This document shows, piece after piece, positions 1 to 7,762 of a DNA stretch of 27,657 bases. Both the position numbers and the translations under genes were made by a program. Source of the DNA: a virus (lineage: Duplodnaviria; Heunggongvirae; Uroviricota; Caudoviricetes); the IMG/VR virus record IMGVR_UViG_2703718778_000008; one strand, 5' to 3'. Positions within the stretch are counted from its first letter, which is position 1, and every line of letters starts with the position of its first letter. The notes under the pieces were generated by a model that worked only from the letters and a program-made list of their open reading frames with translations, searched no databases and was not told where the DNA came from.

Positions 1-2
1 AA

Positions 3-164
3 CACAACGAAAAATATCTCGACCCTACAAATGACGAGGACAATATGAGCGACACAACGATCCTGCAAAACAGTACCCAAGTTAAAAAATATCCATCTAA
101 GGCATTGAATTTTATTTGTTTGTTAAATGCTTTGCCTACATATTGCCTTGCTTTGAGAATATAA
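3..164 (+). CDS. 3' end of an unidentified ORF entering from the left window edge (...DEDNMSDTTILQNSTQVKKYPSKALNFICLLNALPTYCLALRI*)
   Basis: By my own translation, frame 3 is open from nt 3 to TAA at 162-164, with an internal ATG at 45. The region is AT-rich. A strong hairpin terminator starts 2 nt after the stop. No family recognised; this may be flanking host or island DNA. Confidence 0.3.
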   Translation, partial: HNEKYLDPTNDEDNMSDTTILQNSTQVKKYPSKALNFICLLNALPTYCLALRI

Positions 165-166
165 AA

Positions 167-200
167 AGCCCGCAGTTTTTACGCTGCGGGCTTTATTTTT
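167..200. terminator. bidirectional rho-independent terminator
   Basis: A 9-bp GC-rich stem, AGCCCGCAG (167-175) / CTGCGGGCT (184-192). It is followed by TTTATTTTTT on the plus strand and preceded by AAAAA, which reads as a U-run on the minus strand. It sits at the 3' ends of both the left-edge ORF and the hok-like transcript. Confidence 0.75.
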
Positions 201-286
201 TCTTTGTGACTTGCGTGTGAGGGTGCTACTTTCGGCCTTACCCTGACAACCGATTGACGGGGGATTACTCCCCCGTCGCGGTTTCC

Positions 287-427
287 TTACTGCTTACACT
301 GTAAGAGCGCCGCAAACTCCGCTCCCCAGATGTTCATCCGTATTTCACACAGCGAACCATGTAACATCCAGATGATGAGGATTGCCGTCACGCAGAACGT
401 GATGGCCATAAGCGATTTTTGCGACAT
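287..427 (-). CDS. hok: Hok/Gef-family type I toxin, 46 aa (MSQKSLMAITFCVTAILIIWMLHGSLCEIRMNIWGAEFAALLQCKQ)
   Basis: Absent from the ORF track because it is under 60 aa; translated by hand. SD AAGGAG lies 7 nt upstream of the ATG at 427. It has one N-terminal TM helix followed by C-V-T-A-I...S-L-C-E-I-R, which closely resembles the Hok signature (C-L-T-V-I...D-L-C-E-V-R). The 3' UTR has a 9-bp hairpin (257-278) and ends at the 167-192 terminator. Confidence 0.75.
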   Translation of the reverse strand: MSQKSLMAITFCVTAILIIWMLHGSLCEIRMNIWGAEFAALLQCKQ

Positions 428-560
428 AGCGCTTGCTCCTTTGTTGGAGAGGCGCTAACCTTCCACTTGTCTAGGGTAGGAATGGTTAGGGCCTCGGGTT
501 AAACAATATGTTTGACTCGGGGCCTTTCCACATCCGGCCTTCAGGTTTTCCTTCCAGCCG

Positions 561-863
561 TCAGCCGAAAGGCACCCGCGCGTAATGTACTGGTTTTAAA
601 GCCATACCGCAATCCTCCAGTTGTAGCGTTAACTGACTGCGTCCCTGATGGGATTTGCGCATTGTCTCCCGTGGAATATCTTTATCGTGGAAGATCAACT
701 GAGGCTGGCCAATAATTCTGTGCACACTTTCCATTGTTGAAAATGTGGCGCTGCACTCAAGGTTATTGCACTGATAGTATTTGTAGCGGATGGTGCCGGT
801 ATCATTGGCGGCTTTACTGGTACGGATCCGGGCAGATGCGCCGCAGAATGGACAATGAAACAT
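561..863 (-). CDS. ogr: Ogr/Delta-family zinc-finger late-gene transcription activator (100 aa)
   Basis: Starts MFHCPFCG...YYQCNNLECSATFSTMESV, a CxxC...CxxxxC zinc motif that is near-colinear with P2 Ogr (MFHCPLCQ...CQNVNCSATF). The ATG at 863 is chosen over the ORF-track start at 938. A G-rich SD lies upstream. Confidence 0.9.
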   Translation of the reverse strand: MFHCPFCGASARIRTSKAANDTGTIRYKYYQCNNLECSATFSTMESVHRIIGQPQLIFHDKDIPRETMRKSHQGRSQLTLQLEDCGMALKPVHYARVPFG

Positions 864-907
864 TGATATACCCCCCTGGCTGAACTGGGGTTGAACTCGT
901 CGCCATT

Positions 908-2032
908 CTAACCATTGCTTTCCTTTTCGGCTATCCACTCGGGTATTCTTGCCTCCAGTTCAAGCCTTGTGGTGAAGCCGCTTCCGTCGATATTGTGTTC
1001 CACTTTTGCAATGAGCCAGTCCTGATTGTCTATTTCGGTTTTAAAGCCGGTTACCGTGCCATGCATTTCAGGGTAAAGCTCCGCTCTGCCCCGGGCCAGC
1101 GTGATGGAGAATTCAGCCGCACCGCGCTGTAATTGCTGCCACCTGGCGGCAGCTGCGCGCTGTGCAGCAATTTCATTTGGGTAGGTTTTTCTCAGAACGA
1201 ACACGTTACCTTCTGCCCCCTCCATGTAGCTGCCTTCCCGGCTGCTGCTCTTTTCAGCGTGAGTTTTTCGTTTTTTTATGTTGACGGCTTTCTTTTTGCC
1301 ATGATTCAAATCCAGCCAGTACGCCTTCACCCCTGTGTATGCCTGGCGATCGGCTATTCTGAACTGGTGACTGTCTCCGTCACTGCGTGCCAGTGCAAAT
1401 GAGGGGAGTGGGCGCCCGTCAGCTGTCACGCCGCCACCCGGCAGAATGAACAGCAGACAGCCATTTTTGACGGTAGTGATGGCTCCCAGCATATCAGCCA
1501 TGCGGGTAAGGAATGACATGTCGCTTTCTTCCGTCTGGTCGGCATGATCGATTTCAATATCCATAAGCATATCGCTTATCTGGGCTTTCAGTCCGTAACG
1601 GTGGGCAATAGCGGAAACCACGCGTTCAACAGTCACGTCGTGCCAGGATACTTCCCGTTTGACGTTAAATTCCTCCCTGAAGTCTGCGCTGTTTGCACTC
1701 AGTGTCAGCCGATCCGGAGGTCCTTCATGAGCGACCTCATCAACAATGTAGGTGCCTTTATCAACCAGAGGCTCTCCCTTCCATCCCAGCATGACTCTGA
1801 TGTGTGTTCCCCGCCCGGGGAGAGCCAGCTGCCCGTCGGCATCATCCAGCACAAGAGTGACCCTGTCTGCTTCAAACCCCCGGTTGTCTGTCATGGAAAG
1901 CGATATCACCCGGTTATTCAGTTCCTGAAGAGTGTTTTTATCCTGCTCCCTGTCCAGTGAAACGCTGAAATCAGGCATTTTCACCAGTTCTTTCAGGGGG
2001 GAATAAACCGTGTTACCGTTCAGCAATACCAT
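908..2032 (-). CDS. D: tail / late control protein gpD (374 aa)
   Basis: Contains ...ISLSMTDNRGFEADRVTLVLDDADGQLALPGRG...GWKG...VDEVAHEGPPDRLTLSANSADF...SWHD, a typical P2 gpD pattern. The start at 2032 is chosen because of GGAGGAATTATG. The longer track ORF (to 2383) overlaps FI and has no RBS. Confidence 0.9.
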   Translation of the reverse strand: MVLLNGNTVYSPLKELVKMPDFSVSLDREQDKNTLQELNNRVISLSMTDNRGFEADRVTLVLDDADGQLALPGRGTHIRVMLGWKGEPLVDKGTYIVDEVAHEGPPDRLTLSANSADFREEFNVKREVSWHDVTVERVVSAIAHRYGLKAQISDMLMDIEIDHADQTEESDMSFLTRMADMLGAITTVKNGCLLFILPGGGVTADGRPLPSFALARSDGDSHQFRIADRQAYTGVKAYWLDLNHGKKKAVNIKKRKTHAEKSSSREGSYMEGAEGNVFVLRKTYPNEIAAQRAAAARWQQLQRGAAEFSITLARGRAELYPEMHGTVTGFKTEIDNQDWLIAKVEHNIDGSGFTTRLELEARIPEWIAEKESNG

Positions 2033-2091
2033 AATTCCTCCGTTTTTCCCGCCACAGTTGCATACCAGAAACACCACCGGAATGAGTTTGG

Positions 2092-2113
2092 GTTGTATGT
2101 GTATTGCGAGAAA
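2092..2113. promoter_or_regulatory. degenerate Ogr-type dyad (GTTGT-N12-AGAAA) in the divergent D / FI control region
   Basis: The left half is identical to the half-site of the perfect dyad at 20655-20676; the right half matches 3/5. The centre (2102.5) lies about 54 bp from a predicted FI TSS (-10-like TAAAGA at 2145-2150) and about 50 bp from a predicted D TSS (minus-strand TGnTATGCA at 2067-2059). Prediction from sequence only. Confidence 0.3.
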
Positions 2114-2186
2114 CCGCAGTTCGTGAAAAAGCTCCCCGTGTTCGTAAAGATCTCTGCTGAACTCACACCAATGCAGGGTGAATAAT

Positions 2187-3374
2187 ATGGCTGAAACCCG
2201 TTTCCATGGCGTGCGGGTCCGGGAGAATGCGGATCTGGTCACGGCCATTAATGATATTGACTCCAGTGTGATTGGTATCGTGGCTGTTGCTGATGATGCT
2301 GATACAAAAACATTTCCGCTGGATAAGCCGGTGCTCCTGACGCGTGTCATGGATGTGCTGGGTAAGGCCGGAAAAACCGGCACGCTGTATAAAAGTCTGA
2401 AAGCTATTGCCGATCAGGTCAGCACCAGAGTTGTTGTGGTGCGGGTTGCTGCTGCGAAGGAGGGGGATGGTCAGCCGACACAAACGCAGCTTGTTATTGG
2501 TGAGGTCAAAAATGACGGAACCTATACAGGCATGCAGGCGCTCCTGGTGGCTGAACAGAATGAGGCTGTTGGTGTTCGTCCCAGGATCCTGGCCGTGCCA
2601 TCGCTTGACACCAAAGAGGTGGTGGCGGCACTGGTAACCGTCGCGAAAAAGCTGCGTGCCTTTGTGTATGCGGGCTGTCCCGGCTGTAATACCGTGCAGG
2701 AGGCTGTTACCTGGCGCGCCGATCTTGCTCACCGTGAAGTTATGCTGATCTGGCCTGATTTTATCGCGTACAACCCTAACAGTGGCCAGAATGAGGCTTT
2801 TCCTGCATCTGCGTATGCGTGCGGGTTGCGTGCGAAGATTGACCACGAGCAGGGCTGGCATAAATCCCTGTCCAATGTGGCAGTGAATAATGTCCTGGGT
2901 ATTTCTGTGCCGGTGTTCTGGTCGCTCCAGGCAGAGGACAGTGACGCGGAAACCCTCAATGACAAGGAGATCACCACACTCATTAAACGTAACGGCTTCC
3001 GTTTCTGGGGTAACCGGACTCTCGACACCACTACCTACACCTTTGAGACCTACACGCGTACGGCGCAGTCGCTGGCGGATACCATCGCCGAATCGCAGTT
3101 TGAAACCGTGGACAAGCCGCTGACGCCGTCGAACGTGAAGGATGTGTTAAGCGATATCCGGGCAAAACTGAGTGCCCTTGTGACAGCGGGTAAACTTATC
3201 GGGGCAGAGTGCTGGTATGACGTGGTGGATAACGGCACAACGGATCTGCGTCAGGGGATTGTGCGGATCCGCTACAGATATACGCCGGTACCACCGCTTG
3301 AAGATCTGGAGCTTCACCAGACGTTTACTGATGAGTTCTTTGACGGTGCATTTGCATCACTGGGAGGTGAGTAA
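2187..3374 (+). CDS. FI: contractile tail sheath protein gpFI (395 aa)
   Basis: Contains ...HGVRV...DADTKTFPLDKPVLLT...KAGKTGTL..SL.AIADQ...RPRILAVPSLDTKEVV...KLRAF...REVMLIWPDF, colinear with P2 FI. The ATG at 2187 has SD GGTGA 7 nt upstream. The track start at 2178 is a GTG. Confidence 0.93.
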   Translation: MAETRFHGVRVRENADLVTAINDIDSSVIGIVAVADDADTKTFPLDKPVLLTRVMDVLGKAGKTGTLYKSLKAIADQVSTRVVVVRVAAAKEGDGQPTQTQLVIGEVKNDGTYTGMQALLVAEQNEAVGVRPRILAVPSLDTKEVVAALVTVAKKLRAFVYAGCPGCNTVQEAVTWRADLAHREVMLIWPDFIAYNPNSGQNEAFPASAYACGLRAKIDHEQGWHKSLSNVAVNNVLGISVPVFWSLQAEDSDAETLNDKEITTLIKRNGFRFWGNRTLDTTTYTFETYTRTAQSLADTIAESQFETVDKPLTPSNVKDVLSDIRAKLSALVTAGKLIGAECWYDVVDNGTTDLRQGIVRIRYRYTPVPPLEDLELHQTFTDEFFDGAFASLGGE

Positions 3375-3883
3375 TGGCGGTACCAAACAAACTTCGCGTT
3401 TTCACGGTGTACATCGATGGCGAAAACAAGCTGGGGCGGGTGACGTCCTTCACGCCGCCTAAACTGACCCGAAAAACGGAGTCCTTCCGTGGTGCCGGGA
3501 TGCCCGGCAGTGTTTCCGTCGACTTTGGTCTTGATGATGGTGCACTGGATCTCTCTTTTGCGGTAGGCGGCGCAGATGCCCACCTTTTCTCCCGTTATGC
3601 CGGGTCACTTGATGAAGTCTGTCTTCGCTTTTCCGGTGAGTACTATTCGGATGCGGATATCAGATATGTGGATATTGAGGTCCGCGGGCGCATCACTGAA
3701 ATCGATATGGGGGAGGCGAAGCAGGGTGAAGACACTGAGCACAGTTATTCGATGAAAAACACCTGGTACAGACTGAGTGTGGACGATCGGGAAAAAATCG
3801 AATTTGATGTGCTGAATTTTATCTGGCGCATTGACGGTAAGGATGTGCTGCCGGATCGCACCCGCTCGATGCTGGGCTTCTGA
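3374..3883 (+). CDS. FII: tail tube protein gpFII (169 aa)
   Basis: Position and size match P2 FII. There is a TAATG stop/start overlap with FI, and GGAGGTGA lies upstream. Confidence 0.9.
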   Translation: MAVPNKLRVFTVYIDGENKLGRVTSFTPPKLTRKTESFRGAGMPGSVSVDFGLDDGALDLSFAVGGADAHLFSRYAGSLDEVCLRFSGEYYSDADIRYVDIEVRGRITEIDMGEAKQGEDTEHSYSMKNTWYRLSVDDREKIEFDVLNFIWRIDGKDVLPDRTRSMLGF

Positions 3884-3900
3884 TTATTGTTTAACAGAGA

Positions 3901-3919
3901 ACGGCGGGGATCCCGCCGT
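3901..3919 (+). promoter_or_regulatory. intercistronic GC hairpin between FII and E
   Basis: ACGGCGGG / CCCGCCGT, an 8-bp perfect stem with no U-tract. It is probably an mRNA stability or attenuation element separating the abundant sheath/tube genes from the downstream genes. Confidence 0.4.
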
Positions 3920-3930
3920 GGAGACTGAAA

Positions 3931-4320
3931 ATGGATAAAGAAACGGAAATGGCCACTGACACTGCCGTCAGTAACGGGGAGGCTTCCGCGGTGGCAGTTG
4001 CCGCTACGGCTGCACCTAAGAACGTGGTGAAGCTGACGGTGCCTGTTGTGCGCGGAGATGTGTCGTACAGTGAAATTAAAATCGGACCGCTGGCGAATCA
4101 GGCCGGATCGCTGCGTGGGCTGTCTTTGCTTGCGCTTTACAACATGAACTGTGATGCCATGGTCACCTGGCTTGCGCGTGTGACAGAGCCAAAACTTAAG
4201 GAGGCCGAAATGTATGCCATGAATACGGCGGATTTTACGGCGCTGAGCTCGGCGGCGGTTAATTTTTTCGCACCCTCGGGGTCGAATGCACCGGCACCGG
4301 AGAACACGGCAGAGCCGTAA
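3931..4320 (+). CDS. E: tail assembly chaperone gpE (129 aa)
   Basis: GGAG lies 8 nt upstream of the ATG. Contains ...LTVPVVRGD...LRGLSLLAL...EAEMYAMNTADF..L...VNFF, resembling the P2 gpE pattern. It sits directly upstream of the tape measure gene. Confidence 0.85.
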   Translation: MDKETEMATDTAVSNGEASAVAVAATAAPKNVVKLTVPVVRGDVSYSEIKIGPLANQAGSLRGLSLLALYNMNCDAMVTWLARVTEPKLKEAEMYAMNTADFTALSSAAVNFFAPSGSNAPAPENTAEP

Positions 4321-4478
4321 CCTGTCTTTGCTTTGACTGCATTGAAGATCCCGTTGCGGATATTGCTGTTATTTTTAACTGGCCGCCCGCAGAGATATTT
4401 GCAATGACGCCTGCAGAGGTGGTCGCCTGGCGTGAGCGGGCGGCTGCCAGAAGCGGAAGTCACAATCATGATGAATAA
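3931..4478 (+). CDS. E': gpE+E' -1 programmed-frameshift product
   Basis: The slippery heptamer T TTT TTC (4263-4269) is in the correct zero-frame register (N-F-F). The -1 frame then stays open to TAA at 4476-4478. It encodes ...IEDPVADIAVIFNWPPAEIFAMTPAEVVAWRERAAARSG, which matches my memory of the P2 GpE' domain. Its end overlaps the T start. Confidence 0.6.
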
Positions 4479-7260
4479 TCTGCATATCAGGGTTGCTCTG
4501 GCGGCGGCAGACACCCTGACACAACCTCTCAGGCGCGCCCGCGAAACCGTGGGCGCGCTTTCTGATTCCCTCCGTGAAACTCAGGACTCCATCCGCTCGC
4601 TTGAACGGCAGAGTGAAGCCTTTGCTGCGGCACAGACTAAATTTGACGAAGCCACCCGGAAAATTGCCGCTGTTCAGCAGCAACTGAACCGTCTGCAGCA
4701 GGCGGAGCGTGAGGATACCGTGCTCAGTGAACGGCAGCGTGAAATGATGGCTTCGCTGACCACCCGGCTTGAACGTCTGAACCGGGTGAGGGATGTACAT
4801 CAGCGACGCCTGGAGGATTCACGCCGGGAGCTGGAGAGACACGGTATTGCCGCAGAGGGCAGCAGTCAGACCATACAGGCAGCCATTCGCCGGACGGCAG
4901 AGTATAACGAAGAGCTGGCGCGACAGCGGCAGGCACTCGCACAGGTGACCCGTGCACAGCAACGCTATGAACAGGCGCAGGAGCGACTCGGGCGGATACG
5001 TAATGCCGGTGCGGCGGCACTGGCTGCCGGTGCAGCAGGACTTTACGCTGGCGGGCGTGCTGTTGCGCCGGTGATGGATCTCCAGCGTCATGGTGCCGTC
5101 ATTGCGGCTCAGGCAGGAGAGGGCGCGTCAGATGCCGTGGGGTATACCGGGGTTATAAACCACATGGTTCATACCGGTATCACACCGGATGCACAACTGG
5201 CGGCTGAAGCTGTGGGTGCTGTCCGCTCCACTCTGGGTGGGCTGGGGGCGGTTAGTGAGAATGAACTGACCCGAATCACCCGAAAAATGCTGGATATGCA
5301 GGCCGTGATGGGGGGCGATATCCCGCAGCACATTCAGGCGGCTGCCATCATGATCAAAAACGGTCTTGCACGCAGCAGTGACGAGGCGGTTGATCTGATG
5401 GTGGCGGGCATGCAGCGCATGGGGCCGGTTATGCGCGATGAGCTGCCTGAGATCCTTCACGAGTATTCGACCCATTTTCGTAACATGGGGCTGACAGGGT
5501 CGGAAACCATGACGCTCCTTGCGGATATGGCGCAGCAGGGGAAGTTTGCGCTGGATAAAACCGGCGATGCCATCAAGGAGTTCAGTATTCGCGGCTCCGA
5601 TATGTCAAAGGCGAGTGCTGAAGCGTATGCGCTTATCGGGCTGGATGCAGCCAGGATGTCATCGGCTGTAGCCAGTGGTGGAACGGCTGCACGGGCTGCG
5701 CTGCAGAAAACAGCCTCGGGTCTGTTGCAGATCGTCGATCCGGCTGAGCGGGCCAATGCGGCCATCGCACTTTTTGGTACACCGGTTGAAGATCTGTCTG
5801 TCGATCAAATCCCTGCCTTTCTTGGCGCGCTGGCGCGGGTGTCTGACCGTATGGCTGACGTGTCTGGTGTGGCGGACCGGATGGGGCAAACCCTGCGTGA
5901 CAATCTGAGTGGTGATGTGGCGCGGCTTACCGGGACGTTCAGCGCGCTGAGAAGTGGGATTATCGGGGAGATTACGGACGATCTGCGTGGGCTTGTCCGG
6001 ATGGCCACAGCGTGGGGTGAGCGTCTGCAGGCGTGGGTGAATGCGCATCCGGAACTGGTGCGAATGATTGCGCTGACGACGGGAGCGGTGCTGGCGTTAA
6101 CCACAGCGGTGGGGGCGTTGTCCGTTGCGGCCTGGATGGTTGTCGCACCGTTACTGAAACTGCGTCTGGGGCTTGCCCTGCTTCGCGCGATCCCGGCCGG
6201 ACTCTCCGTTGCCGGTACGCTGTTTGGCGGACTGACGGGTGTGATTTCAGCCGTGGGGGCTGCGCTGGGGGCGCTGACCTGGCCGGTTGTGGTGGCGGTG
6301 GGAGCCCTGGTCGGTGGTGCTCTGCTGATCTGGCGCTACTGGGATCGGGTCAGGGCGTTTGTGAGCGGATTTATTGAAGGGGTACAGTCAGCACTGGCGC
6401 CCTTCATGGCGACAGCCTCCCGTTTTGCGCCGCTGCTGGATCTGGTTTCAGGGGCACTGTCCCGTATTCTGGGATGGTTTAAATCCCTGTTAACGCCAGT
6501 CTCCTCCACGCGTGATTTGCTTGAGCAGTGCACCTCTGCCGGGCAGACGTTCGGGAGCACTCTGGCCGGTGCGTTAGCCACGGTTTTTTCGCCCCTGAAA
6601 GCTCTTATTGACGGTCTGGCGTGGGTGCTGGAAAAACTCGGTGTTCTGCCCGGTGAAGCTGAGCGGGTTAAGCGAAAACTGGATGAGGCCCGTAAAACGC
6701 CGGTGGCATGGGAGTGGGATCCGGAACAGAAAAAAATGGTTCAGAAGGCGTGGCACTGGTCGCCTCCTGGTGGGGCCAGTGTGCCTTCCGGCGCCTCCGG
6801 TACACAGCCTCCGCCGGTGGCGCTCCCTGCGGGGATAGCGCCGGACGGTAACCGTAACGTTCTCCGTCACCTGAAAGGCATTGAGGGGAATACCGGTGGT
6901 CTGCTGGCTGAAAACCGTAAACGTATCGGACCCGGAGATATTGTGTTTAAACATCTTCCACGGGCGCTGGCGGTCCGGGGGCAGTGGCATGAACCTGTCG
7001 TTGCGCCGTCTTCCGGCGGAATGCGCGCGCTGCCACAGGAGGAGATTCAGGTGCAGCAATGGCCGACGGCACGCCCGGCGCCACGAATGCACCAGCAGGA
7101 AACCTTCGCCAGCGCCTTTCAGGGGGAGATACATGTGCATCTTCACGGGGTGAGTTCGTATAATCCCCGGGAACTGGCGCGCATGGTTGGTGACGCTGTC
7201 AGGGCGGAAATGAACAGAATGGCACGTGCCGGAACCGGCAGCTTCCGCGATCGCGACTGA
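4468..7260 (+). CDS. T: tail tape measure protein gpT (930 aa)
   Basis: Size, position, a coiled-coil N-terminal part and a long Gly/Ala/Leu-rich hydrophobic central segment all fit. ATG-ATG at 4468 overlaps the E' stop. The track start at 4432 is a GTG. Confidence 0.9.
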   Translation: MMNNLHIRVALAAADTLTQPLRRARETVGALSDSLRETQDSIRSLERQSEAFAAAQTKFDEATRKIAAVQQQLNRLQQAEREDTVLSERQREMMASLTTRLERLNRVRDVHQRRLEDSRRELERHGIAAEGSSQTIQAAIRRTAEYNEELARQRQALAQVTRAQQRYEQAQERLGRIRNAGAAALAAGAAGLYAGGRAVAPVMDLQRHGAVIAAQAGEGASDAVGYTGVINHMVHTGITPDAQLAAEAVGAVRSTLGGLGAVSENELTRITRKMLDMQAVMGGDIPQHIQAAAIMIKNGLARSSDEAVDLMVAGMQRMGPVMRDELPEILHEYSTHFRNMGLTGSETMTLLADMAQQGKFALDKTGDAIKEFSIRGSDMSKASAEAYALIGLDAARMSSAVASGGTAARAALQKTASGLLQIVDPAERANAAIALFGTPVEDLSVDQIPAFLGALARVSDRMADVSGVADRMGQTLRDNLSGDVARLTGTFSALRSGIIGEITDDLRGLVRMATAWGERLQAWVNAHPELVRMIALTTGAVLALTTAVGALSVAAWMVVAPLLKLRLGLALLRAIPAGLSVAGTLFGGLTGVISAVGAALGALTWPVVVAVGALVGGALLIWRYWDRVRAFVSGFIEGVQSALAPFMATASRFAPLLDLVSGALSRILGWFKSLLTPVSSTRDLLEQCTSAGQTFGSTLAGALATVFSPLKALIDGLAWVLEKLGVLPGEAERVKRKLDEARKTPVAWEWDPEQKKMVQKAWHWSPPGGASVPSGASGTQPPPVALPAGIAPDGNRNVLRHLKGIEGNTGGLLAENRKRIGPGDIVFKHLPRALAVRGQWHEPVVAPSSGGMRALPQEEIQVQQWPTARPAPRMHQQETFASAFQGEIHVHLHGVSSYNPRELARMVGDAVRAEMNRMARAGTGSFRDRD

Positions 7261-7270
7261 GGTGAAAAAG

Positions 7271-7762
7271 ATGATGATGATTTATGGGATGTTTGTGTTT
7301 CAGTTAAGTACCCTGCCGCATCAGCAGGTGGAACAGAGTAAACGCTGGCGACACGTCAGTAATGAACGGGTTAACCGTTCATCCTCCTGGCAGTATATTG
7401 GCTCTGGTGAAGATCACATCACGATGTCCGGTGTGCTCTGTCCGGAAATCACCGGCGGGGAGGTGTCACTGACTGCCCTGAACACCCTGGCCTACACAGG
7501 ATTACCTTGGCCACTGATTGATGGTGTCGGACAGATTTACGGGATGTATGTCATTACGGAAATCAGGACCACCCGTCAGGAGCTGGATCGCTATGGCATG
7601 GCCCGCAAAATTGAGTTCACTGTCAGCTTTCAGCGATGCAATGAAGATCTGCGTGAGCGTCTTCAGTCGGGCTCGGTGGGTGATCTGATGGCAGGATTAA
7701 AAAACAGCGCGTCGTCGGCCCTGTCGTCGGCGTCCTCTGCGCTGTCTGGTCTCATGTTGTGA
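7271..7762 (+). CDS. U: tail protein gpU (163 aa)
   Basis: MMMIYGMFVFQL...WRHVSNERV...ITMSGVLCPEITGG...WPLIDGVGQIYGMYVIT is colinear with P2 gpU. GGTGA lies 7 nt upstream of the ATG. Confidence 0.85.
   Translation: MMMIYGMFVFQLSTLPHQQVEQSKRWRHVSNERVNRSSSWQYIGSGEDHITMSGVLCPEITGGEVSLTALNTLAYTGLPWPLIDGVGQIYGMYVITEIRTTRQELDRYGMARKIEFTVSFQRCNEDLRERLQSGSVGDLMAGLKNSASSALSSASSALSGLML

Noticed and set aside
428-560. mok-like overlapping reading frame and Sok-like antisense RNA for the hok-like gene
   Set aside because: The +1 frame that reads into the toxin gene has a stop immediately upstream and no start codon. The only upstream ATG ORF (15 aa) ends before the toxin. Plus-strand hexamers (e.g. TTGCTC-N17-TAACCT) and the GGCC-based stems are too weak to call an antisense gene.
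512-715. 67-aa plus-strand ORF
   Set aside because: Antisense to the ogr C-terminal region and the hok leader. There is no RBS. The minus-strand Ogr call is far better supported.
2033-2383. N-terminal 117 aa of the 491-aa track ORF (908..2383, minus strand)
   Set aside because: It is open only by chance. It overlaps the FI start and the divergent control region. A strong GGAGGAATT-ATG at 2032 gives a product of gpD size.
2163-2861. 232-aa minus-strand ORF
   Set aside because: Entirely antisense to the well-supported sheath gene FI. There is no RBS and the composition is arginine/histidine-rich 'shadow' sequence.
4375-7153. Multiple ORFs in both strands overlapping the tape measure gene (e.g. 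6574..7146 -, 5659..6048 -, 6033..6377 +)
   Set aside because: These are typical GC-rich alternative-frame ORFs within a long, well-supported CDS.
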